From the human T2T-CHM13v2.0 reference genome, Homo sapiens: a stretch of DNA of 64,000 nt. The position numbers were made by a program, and so were the translations under genes. A model generated the notes under the pieces. It ran no database searches. It saw only the letters and a list, made by a program, of their open reading frames with translations, and was not told the origin of the DNA. Shown piece after piece: positions 23,791 to 39,297 of this stretch (its first letter is position 1; each line of letters begins with the position of its first letter). Location of the stretch: assembly GCF_009914755.1 (NCBI RefSeq), contig NC_060936.1; one strand, written 5' to 3'.

Positions 23791-24982
23791 TATTGATTTG
23801 TGAGCATTTTGGTGATTTTTATTGGAGACTAAACTGCATAAGTGTTTTCAATTTTCAACTTCTTTTTGATAAATCTATAAATCACTGAAAATTAAGGGAG
23901 CAGGAAAATGTGACTTTAATATTTCTTAATACTAAAAAATATATCTGAGATGCGATTATTGATCAATTTCAGTATTTTAGAAACTAAATAAAACAGTAAA
24001 ATTTGTGATCACTCTAAAGTATGAAGACATGTTTGGGCTTCTTCTAAGTGTAATGAAAGCATCGGGTGATTGTTCATATTATGGATTCCTGAGCTATTTC
24101 TTTACCAACTGCCCAAAAGGCAACACATCTGTTTCCTGAGTCTTGGATAAAATTCTTTACCTACATGTAGCCCAACTTCATGTTATGACTTCTGATATGC
24201 ACTTGGAAAGCCTGTGTGACACATTTTCCTATGAATTTGGCTGCAGAATTCATTTGAGCCAACTTGACCCTTTTGCCTTACAAAAACACTGGAAATTCCA
24301 GGATCTAATTGGCACAAGAGTTATTTTTCCAGAAAGGAAGCCAGGTTCAGAGCAGTCACCAGTTATGTTCCCTTAGCTAGAATTTTCTTTCTTGTTTTCT
24401 AATAGCGTCTCTTTAAACAATATCGGGGAATGGAGCAGAAAAAATTTATTTGAGGAGCAGTTAAACTATGATTTGGAGAAATACATAGAAAATGTTATCT
24501 TTACAATTTTACTACCTAATTTTTTTTGTGTGTGTACCTATAACAGTTTTACTAAAACTTTACTTTTCAAATGCAGAGTGTTGCCTATTGCTCGTTTTAA
24601 GTATAAATATCTTAATGAAAACCCTTAAATCATATTTAGGTGTCAAAAGAATTATCTTTTGGAAAGAATAATATAAAAATATTTTATTTTATTAATATTA
24701 AAACATTTTTAAAAATTAAACGTAGGTTGAGGTTGAAATTTGAAATTGAGACAACTAGTAAAAGACAAGCAAGGTTAACAATTTTACTTGCAACTTAGAG
24801 TGAACAGGCTTTTTATCCTGGTGAGTAATTACTTGTTAGTGACTTTTATATGAACAGATATAATAAAATGGTACAAACTTAAACTATTCTATAGTAGATA
24901 AAGAAGGTAATGGATGGTGAGAAAAATAAATCCACTATATGTAAAATGTAACGAACTTGGAAGGGAAAAAAAAGATGCTACC

Positions 24983-27294
24983 TGTATTAGTCTGCTTTCA
25001 TGCTGCTGATAAGGACATACCCAAGACTAGGCAATTTACAAAAGAAAGAAGTTTAATTGGACTTACAGTTCCACGTGGCTGGGGAAGACTCACAATCATG
25101 GTGGAAGGCAAGGAGGAGCAAGTCACATCTTATGTGGATGGCAGCAGGCAAAAAGAGCTTGTGCAGGGCAACTCCCATTTTTAAAACCATCAGATCTCAT
25201 GAGACCCATTCACTATCATAAGAATAGCACAGGAAAGATCCACTCCCATAATTCAATCATCTCCCACTGGGTCCCTCCCACAACACGTGGGAAATATGGG
25301 AGCTACAAGATGAGATTTGGGTGGGGACACAGAGCCAAACCACATCATTTCACCCCGGCCCCTCCCAAATCTCTTATCTTCACATTTCACAACCAATCAT
25401 GCTTTCCCAACAGTTCCCCGAAGTCTCAGTCCATTTCAGCATTAACCCAAGAGTCCAAATCCAAAGTCTCATCTGAGACAAGGCAAGCCCCTTCTGCCTA
25501 TGAGCCTGTAAAATCAAAAGCAAATTAATTACTTTCTAGATACAATGGGGGTACAGGAATTGGGTAAATACAGCCATTACAAATGGGAAAAATCGGCCAA
25601 AACACAGGGATGACAGGCCCCATGCAAGTCCGAAATCCAGGAGGGCAGTCAAGTCTTAAAGCTTCAACATGATCTCCTTTGACTCCATGTCTCGCATCTG
25701 GGTCACACCGATGCAATAGGTGGGTTCCCATGGTCTTGGGCAGCTCCACCCCTGTGACTCTTCAGGGTACAGTCTCCCTCCCAGCTGCTTTCATGGGCTG
25801 GCATTGAGTGTCTGTGGCTTTTTCAGGTACAGGGTGCAAGCTTTTGGTTGATCTACCATTTTGGGGTCTGAGGGACAGTGGCCCTCTTCTCACAGCTCCA
25901 CTAGGAGGTGCCCCAGTAGAGACTCTATGTGGGTGCTCTGACCACACATTTCCCTTATGCACTGTCCTAGCAGAGGTTCTCCATGAGGGCCATGCTCCTG
26001 CAGCAAACTTCTGCCTGGACATTCAGGTGTTTCAATAAATCTTCTAAAATCTAGGCGGAGGTTCCTAAACCTCAATTCTTGACTTCTGTGTACCCACAAG
26101 GTAAATACCACAAGGAAACTGCTAAAGGTTGGGGCATGCATCCTCTGAAGCCATGGTCTGAGCTGTACCTTGGCCCCTTTTAGTCATGGCAGGTGTGGCT
26201 GGGACGCAGGGCACCAAGTCTCTAGACTGCACACAACACGGGGACCCTGGGCCTGGCCCACAAAACTACATTTTCCTCCTAGGTCTTCGGACCTGTGATG
26301 GGAGGGGCTGTCATGAAGACCTCTGACATGCCCTGGAGACATTTTCCTCACGGTAATGGGGATTAACTTTTGGTTCCTAATAACTTATGCAAATTTCCAC
26401 AGCCAGCTTGAATTTCTCCTCAGAAAATGGGATTTTCTTTTCTATTGCATTGTCAGGCTGCAAATTTTTTGAACTTTTGTGCTCTGCTTCCCTTCTAAAA
26501 CTGAATGCCCTTAACAGCACCCAAGTAACCTCTTGAATGCTTTGCTGCCTTGGAATTTTGTCTGCCAGACACCCTAAACCATCTCCCTCAAGTTCAAAGT
26601 TCCACAAATCTCTAGGGCAGTGGCAAAATGCTGCCAGTCTCTTTCCTATAACATAACAAGAGTCACCTTTGCTCCAGTTCTGAACAAATTCCTCATTTCT
26701 ATCTTTCAGATTTCACCACCTCAGTGTGGACCTTATTGTTTGTATCACTATCAGCATTTTGGTCAAAGCCATTTAACAAGTCTTTAGGAAGTTCCAAACT
26801 TTCCCACATTTTCTTGCCTTCTTCCGAGCCCTCCAAACTGTACCAACCTCTGCCTGTTACCCAGTTCCAATGTCGCTTCCGCATTTTCAGGTGTCTTTTC
26901 AGCAGCACCCCACTCTACTGGTAGCAATTTACTGTATTAGCTCATTTTCATGCTGCTGATAAAGAGATACCCGAGACTGAGCAATTTAAAAAAGAAAGAG
27001 GTTTAATTGAACTTACAGTTCCACATGGCTAGGGAAGCCTCACGACCATGGTGGAAGGCAAGGAGGAACAAGTCACATCTTATGTGGATAGCAGCAGCCA
27101 AAGAGAGAGAGAGAGCTTGTGCAGGGCAACTCCTGCTTATAAAACCATCAGATCTTGTGATTCCCACTCAGTATCACAAGAAAGACCCACCCCCATAATT
27201 CGATCATATGTTACTGGGTCCCTCCTACAACATGTGGGAATTATGGGAGCTACAAGATTAGATTTGGGTGGGGACACAGAGCCAAACCATATCA
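24983..27294 (-). mobile_element. Full-length THE1 (THE1A/B-like) MaLR: LTR 24983-25347, internal region, LTR 26933-27294
   Basis: Two direct-repeat LTRs around a ~1.6-kb THE1 internal region; TSD ctacc/ctatc. Confidence 0.95.
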
Positions 27295-27759
27295 CTATCT
27301 AAAGAGTTGGGGCATCATCATCAAATAGAATGACTTTTAAATGAATATTTATGTATTATAAGGTAATGTGGGGAAGAATTTGGTTAGAATTCAATCCTTG
27401 AAGCGTGGCTGACATCCATGTTCATTTTTGCTTAAGGGTTAATCTATGACATGGGGTGGGCAGAACTTAAGCAGAAAGCCATAGTCTTACTAGTTTTCGG
27501 TATTAGAGGATAGAGTTTGAGGCTTTCAGAGTGGTTGACAATTGAGGAGAACATTCTTAAAAGGATGAATTCAAAAGCAGAGAATCCCTAAATTGTCATA
27601 TAAACTGCCACTGAACTACATATGCACCAGGGGGACTCCAAGAAACTTATCAGAAAGAAAAAGCTAGATGGCTGAAAATGATGAACAGAGATTTTAGCTG
27701 CTGCTAAATCAGAGTATCTAAGAATAATAAAAATAGTTGACCACACAAAATAGTTTTAG

Positions 27760-28398
27760 AGAAATTGCAACTTTAATACACATCTGGTGAGAATACAAAA
27801 CAGTAAACTACTTTGAAAAGTTTTAAACATCCATCTGCCATATGGCACAGCCATTTCATTCTTAGGTATTTGCCAAACCAAAATGAAACCTATGTTTACA
27901 TGAAGACTGCATGTGGATGCTCATAGAACCTTTATTTGTAACAGCTACAAAATGGAAACAACCTAAATATTCGACATGGGAATGAATAAACATATTGTGG
28001 TATACCCATACAATGGAGTACATTTTACTCAGCAGTAAAAATGAGCAAACGGTTAATACACTCAATAACACTGATGAATCTCAAAGTTGCTATTTTGAGT
28101 GAAAGATGCAGGCAATAAAACAGAGTATACTATATTAGTGAATGTACATATCATTCAATGAATTTCAAATTAATCGACAGTAACAGGAAGTAAATCATTG
28201 GTTGTCTGGTGAGAGAAAGCAGGTAGAGGCAGAAGGAAGGGGCTACGAAGGGCAAGAGGACACTTGGGGGATGATGGAAATATTTTTTATATTGTGTGGC
28301 AATAGCTTCATGGGTGAATACATATGCTAAAACTTATCATCAAATTATATACTCTAAATTATGTGAGGTCTGTTGTTCTTCAATTATACCTCAATAAC
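27760..28398 (+). mobile_element. Old L1M (L1MD/ME-type) 3' end
   Basis: ORF2-end and 3' UTR-like sequence ending tcaattatacctcaataa. Confidence 0.75.
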
Positions 28399-28761
28399 TG
28401 CATTAGTCTGTTTTCACACTGCTATAAAGAACTACCTGAGACTGGGTAATTTATAAAATAAAGAGGTTTAATTGACTCACAGTTCCACAGGGCTGGGGAG
28501 GCCTCAGGAAACTTACAACCATGGTGGAAGGTGAAGGGAAAGCAAGGCACATCTTACATGGCAGCAGGAGAGAGAGGGAGTGAAGGGGGAAGTGCCACAC
28601 TTTTAAACCATCAGATTTTATGAGAACCCACTACCATGAGAACAGCACGGGGGAAATCTGCCCCCATGATCCAATCACCTCCTACCAGGTCCCTCCCCTG
28701 ACACAAAGGGATTACAATTCGATATGAGATTTGGGAGGAGACACACAGCCAAACCGTATCA
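28399..28761 (-). mobile_element. THE1D-like solo LTR
   Basis: tgcattagtctgttttcacactgctataaagaactacctgagactggg...aaaccgtatca; perfect TSD ataac. Confidence 0.9.
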
Positions 28762-29232
28762 ATAACCTTTTAATATTTCATATTCTCTGTTAAAACACAA
28801 GCTACTTGCTTTGCTTACTCTTTTCTCACAGCAACATTTAATTGTCCTTGAGGACTCAAAATGCAGTGTGGTGACTGATCATCTTGGACCATGTTAGGCA
28901 CTACCTTGAACTGTTCCTCAGGGAGCAGTTACTTCCCTATTTCCATTGTTCTGAAGACAGATATACTAACCTATATGACATGTTCTCACCAAACTTATAA
29001 ATGACCAAAAGTTGAAAGTGTGAAATGGTGACACATAAAATGAATCTAAGAGATACTTTAATTTGAATTATTGATTATCTTACTTTTAACCTTCATATAT
29101 TAACTGCCAATATTAAAATGAAATTCCTATCTCATGTATGCTAAATACAAGTTCAGACTACTCTCATGCATTTGAAGGATGTTCTTCCAACACCAGAATC
29201 TTTAAATGATCATCTTTCAACAATGAATCCTT

Positions 29233-29234
<2 letters not shown>

Positions 29235-29280
<46 letters not shown>
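29235..29280. repeat. (AT)23 microsatellite
   Basis: Uninterrupted 46-bp AT dinucleotide run. Confidence 0.97.
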
Positions 29281-29283
<3 letters not shown>

Positions 29284-30137
29284 ATACCCTTATGTATATA
29301 CCCTTAGCGTCCATACTAAGGGTATGGATAATGTGTTTCTTTTGCAAACAATTTGTTTTTTGTCTAGAATCAGCCAGCATCCATTGTGACTTAAGGAACA
29401 TTGTGTTTCAGTCTTAACTAACTTTATGAATTTACATAACAGTAATTAAGAGAGGTAGACATTGCAGTCTTTATTTTTTTAATAAAATTATAAAAAAACA
29501 GATAAATGCTTTCCATAGAGAGGCAATATTAGAATTCATATTAAAACTCAAGAATCCTTAAATGATCAGACGATTAATAACACTCTGTCTTTATGAAAAA
29601 GAAATGGTTTCATAGATGGAACCAGGGACCAGTGCATCAATTTAATGGTGCAAAAATTCTACCAACTTTACAGAAATTATGCATAAGAACTTGGTCTGCA
29701 TTGTCAGTTAAGATAGCTCTTATATTTTGTATGATATTTATTTGCTTAGTTTGCTTAAAGCATTTTTACATACTTACGTAACTTAATCCTATCAAATTAT
29801 CCACAAAAGGTGGAGTGAGAAACATCATGATAAAATTTTTATAGTCAGGAAAATAAAGCTGCAAAATGCATATTGAAACTTGTAACATATTTAGTAGCAA
29901 TGTTTCTGCTCTGGTAACCTCCACACCACCAGATTTCATTTTTCCAAGCATTCTTAACTTTATTTTGGAAAAAATATTGACATATATTGTTAGCATTAAG
30001 AAGCAAGTACTTAGAAGCAATTATTACTATAACCTCTACCCATGTGCTACTTATCTCTAAAGAACTTGGAGCTATTAAAAAAAAAGTTTGTTTTTTTTTT
30101 TCTCATAATTGCCTTGTAAAGTAGGTTAAATAAAGGT

Positions 30138-30915
<778 letters not shown>

Positions 30916-32134
30916 AAGTGATGAACCTCATTTTTGAGTGTGGAGATTGGAACTTAGGGAAGTGATTTGTAACTTTGCTCCAGCTTGAGACTTGGCTTGG
31001 AAATAACCTCCAAGGCCTGGAATACCAGCATTGACAGCCTTACCTGGGTGCACCTCAGGAGTATGCTCAAAGAGGTGAGGCTATTAGGTGGTGAACTGCT
31101 GATGAGAACCCCGTGCTAACAAGACAGAGGTGATGCATACAATCCCTTTAGACACCAGTTAGCTCAGCCCTGGTCTCTAATTTAGTCAAATCCAAATAAG
31201 TATTTTTACATGTATATTTTTCTAATTAGCTCTCACTCTTTTAGCTGAAGTCCAGAGATAAAAGACACATGCTTAAGATTTCTTCTACCTTAGTAAAACT
31301 AGGTCTAGTATTTTCCCAGCACCTGGAGAAGAGATCTGTACAGAATTAAAAAAAAAAAATACCTGACAAAGTAAAACTGATATCAAGATGGGCAGGGTGT
31401 TACATTAATCTGGGGTGGAAGGCATGTTTGACAGGAGTAAATATTAAAGAAAGAAGTTAATATGTCATATTTTTAAATTATTTTATTTGAATTTTTATTA
31501 AAGTGCTTTCTATATTTTTAAGGTTTGAGCAGTATGGAGGAGAAAGGTACATATATATAGATATATATGTAATTTTTCTATGAATATTTTTAAAGAACTC
31601 TATCACTAAGTTCATATGTCTTGCATGTATTGGGAAAATGGGTAGTTGTAGAGGGTAGGTGGCTTGCTGTGGCCTAATTTGATATTGCAGATATAACCTT
31701 GTAAGTTTAGATTTACTAAAATTAAGAAAGTTTAAAATGTAAGGACAGGCACAGGAAAAATCAATGTGATTCTTATATTTATTATGAACAATTAGATATT
31801 TATGTAAACTAAAATAGTATCTCTAGATTATTTTTGGAGAAAGTCCTGCCACTCCCATGCTTTAAAGACCATTTTTTTTATTAATTAAATAAATTATTTC
31901 TTGCAGTGAGAAAGGAGTTTGGAGACAGAAAGACGGAAGAGTTGATATTCCGCTCACAGATGTCAATTTTCAAAGAAATTTCTGCCCATTATGGATGCAC
32001 CACAAATACTAAAGTCTATGCAATATATATTTTGAAAAGAATTTTTTTCGTGAAACTGTAATTTTCGTTCATAAGAGTATATTTCCTGACTTAGCATTTT
32101 ATTGACTAGATTAAAATTTTGTTCCCCAAAGTAA

Positions 32135-32178
32135 GTGTGTGTGTGTGTGTGTGTGTGTGCACGCACACGTGTGTGTGC
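32135..32178. repeat. (GT)n / (GY)n microsatellite
   Basis: gtgtgt... run directly after gtaa. Confidence 0.9.
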
Positions 32179-34077
32179 ATTCCTGAGGATTATTCTAAGG
32201 CTGAACTCCTTCATAGAAATGGAATTTTTCTCTCTATGCTCACATTTTAAAACAGCTCACACAAGCCAGGCAGAAACTGCCAACCCCTTGGTTTCTAATT
32301 CTTTGTGCTAGTTCTATTAGAAGGGGCAAGTGTAATCTGACAATGGGAAACAATACACCCTTTCTCATATTCTTTATCAACATACATAAACTGGAAGAAA
32401 GAAAAAGAAAGAGAGGGGTACAGAGGGAGGAAAGGAGGAAGAAAAAAGATAGGAGGGGAAGTAGGAAGAGAGGAGAAGGGGACTGTAGTGGGGGAAAGAG
32501 AGGAGAGACAGAATCTTTCCACTAAAGTTAGCATCTGAGAGAGAGGCCCACGGAATTGATTTTTTTTTTTTATCCCTTTGGCAAACCAGCATTTGGTCTT
32601 TGCTTTGGTTATCCTGAGATAGTGCTTTGTTTACCTGAGCTAGCTGGCCATCTCAGCTGTGACAATTTAAAATTAGGCCACTATTTATAATTCAAGCTAT
32701 GTGTAAACAAAACAAAACACAATACAACCAATGAAGGAGGTTTGTTTGTTTGTTTTTTTAAAAGGTAGGGGCATTTTGTAAATCAGACAGAGATAGCTTT
32801 CTTGAATAAAATGACATTTTTAGTTATTTCTTTGTCTTGAACTTTCTCCTGAGACACCTTCTGGCTCACTAGTCACGAGGAACTGAAGAGGAACTGAAGG
32901 AATTCTAAACATCCCCAAAGCCTCTAGTGATTCTCCAGATGTGTCTTTTCAAGAGGCTGGCGACTTGTAGGGAGGGTGGATATACCTTAATTATTCAGTC
33001 ACTTTTAACGTTTTACCTAAACTATTTGTCAAATAAGTAGTTTTTGCATTGCTTTAACTGTATACAGCCATCATTTGATTATACATTCTATCAAAGATTG
33101 ATTGCCTGATTTCAGGTTTAATTTTAAGATTTAAATGACTGACTCCTTAGCTTGCTCAGTTGTATTCTTTGTCTCTGATTACTTACTCCATAGAACACTG
33201 CTTACCTTTAAATAAAATGTATTAAACTCCTTTGTTTTCAGAATCTCTAATATTCATGCCTATTGGGGATTCATACCCTAATAACTTGGGCTACTAGTCT
33301 GTCATAAAATATAAACTCCAGCCATATTAAATATGGTAGACTTGCCCTAAAAGTCAGATTTATACCTTCAATATACCATGGAATTTGTAATACAAATAAA
33401 TTCCTTTTTTTATATTGGTTTTAAAATAAGAAATTGTAGTCTCTTGAGTTCTAGAGTTTCTGTAAGAACAACAGAAGGAATGCTCAGCTAATGTTTAGTA
33501 CCCATATGCTTCATTAAAGTGACCAGATGTCCTGCATTTGTCAAGGGAAAAGGGGAATTGTTTTCTTCTCTCTCAAATATCTCCTTCAAAAAGTCTATCA
33601 TGGATACATTTTGTGCCTTCACTGCCCTTTTTAAATAATTATTATTCATGCCTTACTATAAGAACATTACAACTGGTAACAAACTGCTTTTAAACTTGGG
33701 GTTTCAGATTTTCTAAAGCCAAAAATTTATTGTGTTTGTTGGTTTTTTTTGTAGTTCTGTAGTTTAGTATTACAAAAATTTATATCAGAATTCTCATCCT
33801 GCCTACATAGTCCTAAAACTAAATTTATAATGTAAAGCAGGCATGATCCTGTTTATTTTTTTAAACGCTGAGTTCCAACACACATTTTAAATCTCAGTAA
33901 AATGTGGCTTATTTTCTCAGTAAATACTGTCAGGAAAAATTGTCCAAACCTTGGAAATGGAAGAAGAGATTATGGAGCATCCTTTAAATGAAGTGCTATG
34001 TTTTGTCTGTTGAATTTTTCAAGGTTTATCAGATTCTGAAGAGGTGTGCTCCTTTGAGTGACTTCCTATTGACAAGG

Positions 34078-34850
34078 TTAAATGTCTCAAACCTTTTAGT
34101 CTCAGGACCCCTTTACACTCTCAAAACTTTTTGAGGGTCCTAAAGACTTTTGTTTATGTGCATTTTATCTATTGATATTTATCATACTATAAATTAATGC
34201 TAAGCAATTAAAATATTACACATATATGTGTTAATTTATTTTAAATAACAATAATAATTCCATTGCCTATTAGCATGGGACACTGGCTTATTTTTATAAA
34301 AAATAATTTTTATTTCGAAATAAAATTTTCAGGTGAAGAGTGATGTTGTCTTTACAATTTTGCAAGTTTCTTTAACATCTGGCTTGATAGAAGGGAGTGG
34401 ATTATCGTGTCTACTTCAGCCTTCAATTGGTTGCACTCTGTTATTTTGGTGGAAGTATATATAAAATGTCTGGTACCACACAGTTATGTATGGAGTTGGA
34501 AAAAGGAGGAATATTTTAACACCCCTTTCCTATAATTTTGGATGTTTTTCTTTGATATTACACCAAAAGTTGGCAAGTGGTAGTTTCTTAAAGGTTAGTT
34601 GCAATGGGGAATCTGAAGCCATATTGATAAGCTTTAAAACTATTCCTTTTGAATCTGTTGGCTTGTCTTGCACATTAAATGGGCCATTTATCTATGTCAA
34701 ATTATGTAACATTATTTAATGGTCATATAGAAATTATTGGTTTATGGATATATGCAGATTTTCTAAATGTTCACACGTTTGATTGCCCAATATTAAAATA
34801 TCAAATCTGTCTATATTACAACCAATTCCATTAGACATTTTTGCAGATTA
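34078..34850. mobile_element. Charlie1-type hAT DNA transposon fragment
   Basis: ctcaaaccttttagtctcaggacccctttacactctcaaaa... terminal sequence and internal caccaaaagttggcaagtggtagtttcttaaaggttagttgcaatg. Confidence 0.8.
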
Positions 34851-34967
34851 GATGTTCTAAAGGAAAGGTTCATTTATTGTTGTTTGGAGAATAACTTTAA
34901 AATGCTCATGACATTAGACCCAGGGATCTTATTGAAATATATTTTCTTAAAGAGATAATTGCACAAG

Positions 34968-37342
34968 TGTATTAGTCCATTCTTAAACTGACATAAAGAA
35001 CTACATGACACTGGGTAATTTATAAAGAAAAGAAGCTTAATCAGCTCATGGTTCCATGGGCTATACAGGCTTCTGTTTCTGGAGAGGCCTCAGGAAACTT
35101 ACAATCATGGCAGAAGGTGAAGCACATCTTCACATGGCTGGCAAGAGAGAGCGAGCAAAGGGGGAAGTGCTACACACTTTTAAACAACCAGATCTCATGA
35201 AAACTCACTCACTGTGACAAAAACAGCAAGGGGGGAAGTCCACCCACATGATCCAATCACCTCCTACCAGGCCCGTCCTCCAACATTGAGAATTATAAAT
35301 TGACATGAGATTTGGGTGGGGACACAGAGTCAAGCCATATCATTCTGTCCCTGGCCTGTCCCAAATCTTATGTTCTTCTCACATTTCAAAACACAATTAT
35401 GCCTTCCCAGTTATCCCCCAAAGTCTTAACTCACTCCAGCATTAACTCAAAAGTCCAAGTCCAACATCTCCTCTGAGACAAGGCAAGTCCCTTCTGCCTG
35501 TAAGCCTGTAAAATAAAAATCAAGACATCCGAGACACAATGGGGGTACAAGCATTGGGTAATTGTTCCTATTCCAAAAGGGAAAAATTGGCCAAAACAGA
35601 GGGGATACAGGCCCCATGAAAGTCTGAAACCCAGGAGGGCAGTCATTAAATCTCAAAGTACCAAAATAATTTCTTTTGACTCCATGTCTCATGTCCAGGT
35701 CACACTGATGCAAGGGCATTGGGGATAGGGTCCCAAGGTCTTGGGCAGCTCCACCCCTGTGGCTCTGCAGGGTACAGCCCTTGTGGCTGCTTTCTCAGGC
35801 TGGCATTGAGTGCCTGCAGCTTTTCTAGGCTCACTGTGCAAGCCATTGGTGGATCTACCATTCTGGGTCTGAAGGACAATGTCCCTTTTCTCACAGCTCC
35901 ACTAGGCAATGACCCAGTGGAGACTCTGTGTGGGGGCTCAAACCCCACATATCCCCTCCACACTGCCCCTAGTAGAGGTTCTCCATTTGGGGTTTACCCC
36001 TGCAGCAGACTTTTGTATGGACATCCAGGCATTTCTGTACATCCTCTGAAATCTAGGTGAAGACTCCCTAATCTCAACTCCTGTCTTCTGGGCACCTGCA
36101 GGCCTAACACCACGTGGAAGCTGCCAAGGCTTGGGGCTTGGACACTATGAAGCAACAGCCCAAGTTGTACCTTGGCCCCTTTTAACCAAGGCTGGAGTGG
36201 GAGCAGCTGGGAGGCAGGGTGCTGTGTACTGAGGTTGCACAGAACAGTGGGGCCCTGGGCCTGGCCCAGGAAACCAGTTTTCCCTCCTAGGCCTCCAGGC
36301 CTGTGATGGGAGAGGCTGCCACAAAGATCTCTGAAATGCCTTGGAGGCATTGTCCCTTTTGTCTTGACTATTAACATTTGGCTTATCTTTACTTTTGCAA
36401 ATGTCTTTAGCTGGCTTGATTTCCTCCCCTGAAAATGTTTTGTTTTTTTTCTACTACATAGGCTGCAAATTTTCCAAACTTTTATGCTCTGCTTCCCTTT
36501 TAAATATAAGTTCCAATTTCAGGTTATTTCTTTGTTTATGCAGATGAATGTAGACTTTTAAAAGCAGCCTTGACACATCTTTCTAAGCATTTGTTGCTTA
36601 GCAATTTCTTCTATTAGATACCCTAAATCATTTCTCTCAAGTTCAAAGTTCTACAAATTGCTAGAGCATGGGCACAATGCTGCCAGTCTGTTTACTAAGG
36701 CATAGCAGGAGTGACCTTTACTCCAGTTCTGAACAAGTTCCTCATCTCCATCTGAGACATCCTCAGCCAAACATCTCTGTCTATGTCACTATCAGCATTT
36801 TGGTCACAACAATTTAACAAGTCTCTAGGAAATTCCAAACTTTCCCTCATCTTTCAGTCTTTTTCTGAGCCCTCCAACCTCTGCCCATTAACCAGTTCCA
36901 AAGTTGCTTCCACATTGCCAGATATCTTTATAACAATACTCCACTTCTCCGGTACTGATTTTCTGTATTAGTTCATTCTCGCACTGCTGTAAAGAACTAC
37001 CTGACACTGGGTAATTTATAAAGAAAAGAGGTTTAATTGGCTCACAGTTCTATGGCCTGTACAGGCTTCTGCTTCTGGAGGGCCTCGGGAAATTTACAAT
37101 CATGGCAGAAGGTGAAGGGGAAGCAAGCACATCTTCACACGGGCTGCAAGAGTCAGAGAGCAAAATCGGGAGTGCTACACACTTTTAAACAATCAGATCT
37201 CATGAGAATTCACTATCATAAGAACAGCAAGAAGGAAGTCCACCCCCATGATTCAGTCACCTTCAACCAGGCCCCTCCTCCAACACTGAGGAATATAATT
37301 TGACATGAGATTTGGATGGGAACACAGAGCCAAACCACATCA
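34968..37342 (-). mobile_element. Full-length MSTA-like MaLR: LTR 34968-35342, internal region, LTR 36964-37342
   Basis: Two direct-repeat LTRs around an MST internal region; perfect TSD acaag (34963-34967 / 37343-37347). Confidence 0.93.
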
Positions 37343-38589
37343 ACAAGTATGTAAAAAGTGTGTGAAATATAAACACAAAGTTATTTTTATAACTGAGAAA
37401 TATTGGAAATTACCTAGATTTCCCATAGTAGATAACTGATTAAGTGTAGAGATATAGAAAGCAGAGATTATTTTACACATTAAAATACTTTGTGTGTGTG
37501 TATATATATATGTACGTGTGTATTTAGTGGCATGAAAAAATATATGCTTCTTGTAGAGTGAAAAATTTTGTTATAAAGTAGCATTATAGTATGATCACAA
37601 AGAATTTCTGTGTATGCATATTAGGATAGATAATAGACAGATAGATAGATAATGTTTTAGATAAAGTTTTGAAGAAGATTTGCCACAGTGATAATCACAA
37701 ACATCTCTGAATTGACATATTTAGGAGATTTTGTTTTTCCTTGTAAGAATTTGATTGTTTAATTTTTTTTTTAGAGAAACATGTATATTTTACAGCCAGG
37801 AAAAATAATAAACCATTAGCTTTTTGGAAATGAAAGTCAGTTTTATTTCTAAAATTAGATAAAATAGATGTGTTTTATTTTGATAGCTAAAGTTGGCAAG
37901 ATTTCAAGGCAGTGTGTAGATTATGTGCTACTTTCTGCTAGTGCAATCTACCTGACAAATAGTTTGGGTTAAAAGCCTTAAAATTTTCATTCTTGATAAT
38001 TTATCTAGTTTACTTCTACTAATTATTCATATAGGCATACTCAGTGATATATTCAAAGTTTTGTATAAAATGCAAATGTCAAACAATAGAAAATAATTCA
38101 AATATATTATAGTGTATCATTTGGTGGAATACCTTGTAGACATTATTGTAGATCACTCATAGATTTTTGCCTGATCGTCTATAGTTGCATGCTGCTGTGA
38201 TTTGAGAAAGGAAGGAAGTAGAAAGTTGAGAAATGGGGGTCATAAGCCATTTTCCCTCTTTGTTAGGTTCTGTGGGATTTCTTTCTTCTCCATTCCTTCC
38301 TTTACTTGTCCCACTTTGATTTCAAGTCTCCACTTATTCTTTGGCCACTATCTTGATTTTTAGTCATCCATGAGTCTAGTTGTTACTTAGAATGATGGGT
38401 CCACATGCCTATATTTTTCTTATGGTATTTTACTTCTGAGATTCAGAAATACTGTTTCAGAAAACATTGAAAACAATTATTCTACATTGTAAAGAAGTAT
38501 GCAAATGAATATGGGTAAGCCAGAGATACTCATAGATGCCAGGGAATACATTTTTCATTCAGAGAACAGAAAAAAGGAAATTTCTAATG

Positions 38590-38899
38590 CAGTCATGCCT
38601 TACTTCTTGATGGGGATACATTTTGCGTAATGTGTCTTTAGGCAATTTGTCATTGTTTGAACATCACAGAATGTGCTTACACAAACTTAGACTGTATAGC
38701 CTACTACACACCTAGGCTAGGTGGTCTAGCCTACTACTCCCAGGCTGTAGTGCATGTTACTGCCCTGAATAGTTTGTGTATCTAAACGTATCTAACGTAG
38801 AAAAGGTACAGTAAGAATACAGTATTAGAATCTTATGGATCATGCTCACATATGTGGTCCATTATGAACTGAAATGTTGTTATGAGGTGTATAACCATA
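38590..38899 (+). mobile_element. Tigger3a-like MITE
   Basis: cagtcatg...gcttacacaaacttagactgtatagcctactacacacctaggcta...gaaatgttgttatg. Confidence 0.8.
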
Positions 38900-38931
38900 G
38901 TTTCATGTCTTTTTTATAAAGGATGATGTAA

Positions 38932-39297
<366 letters not shown>

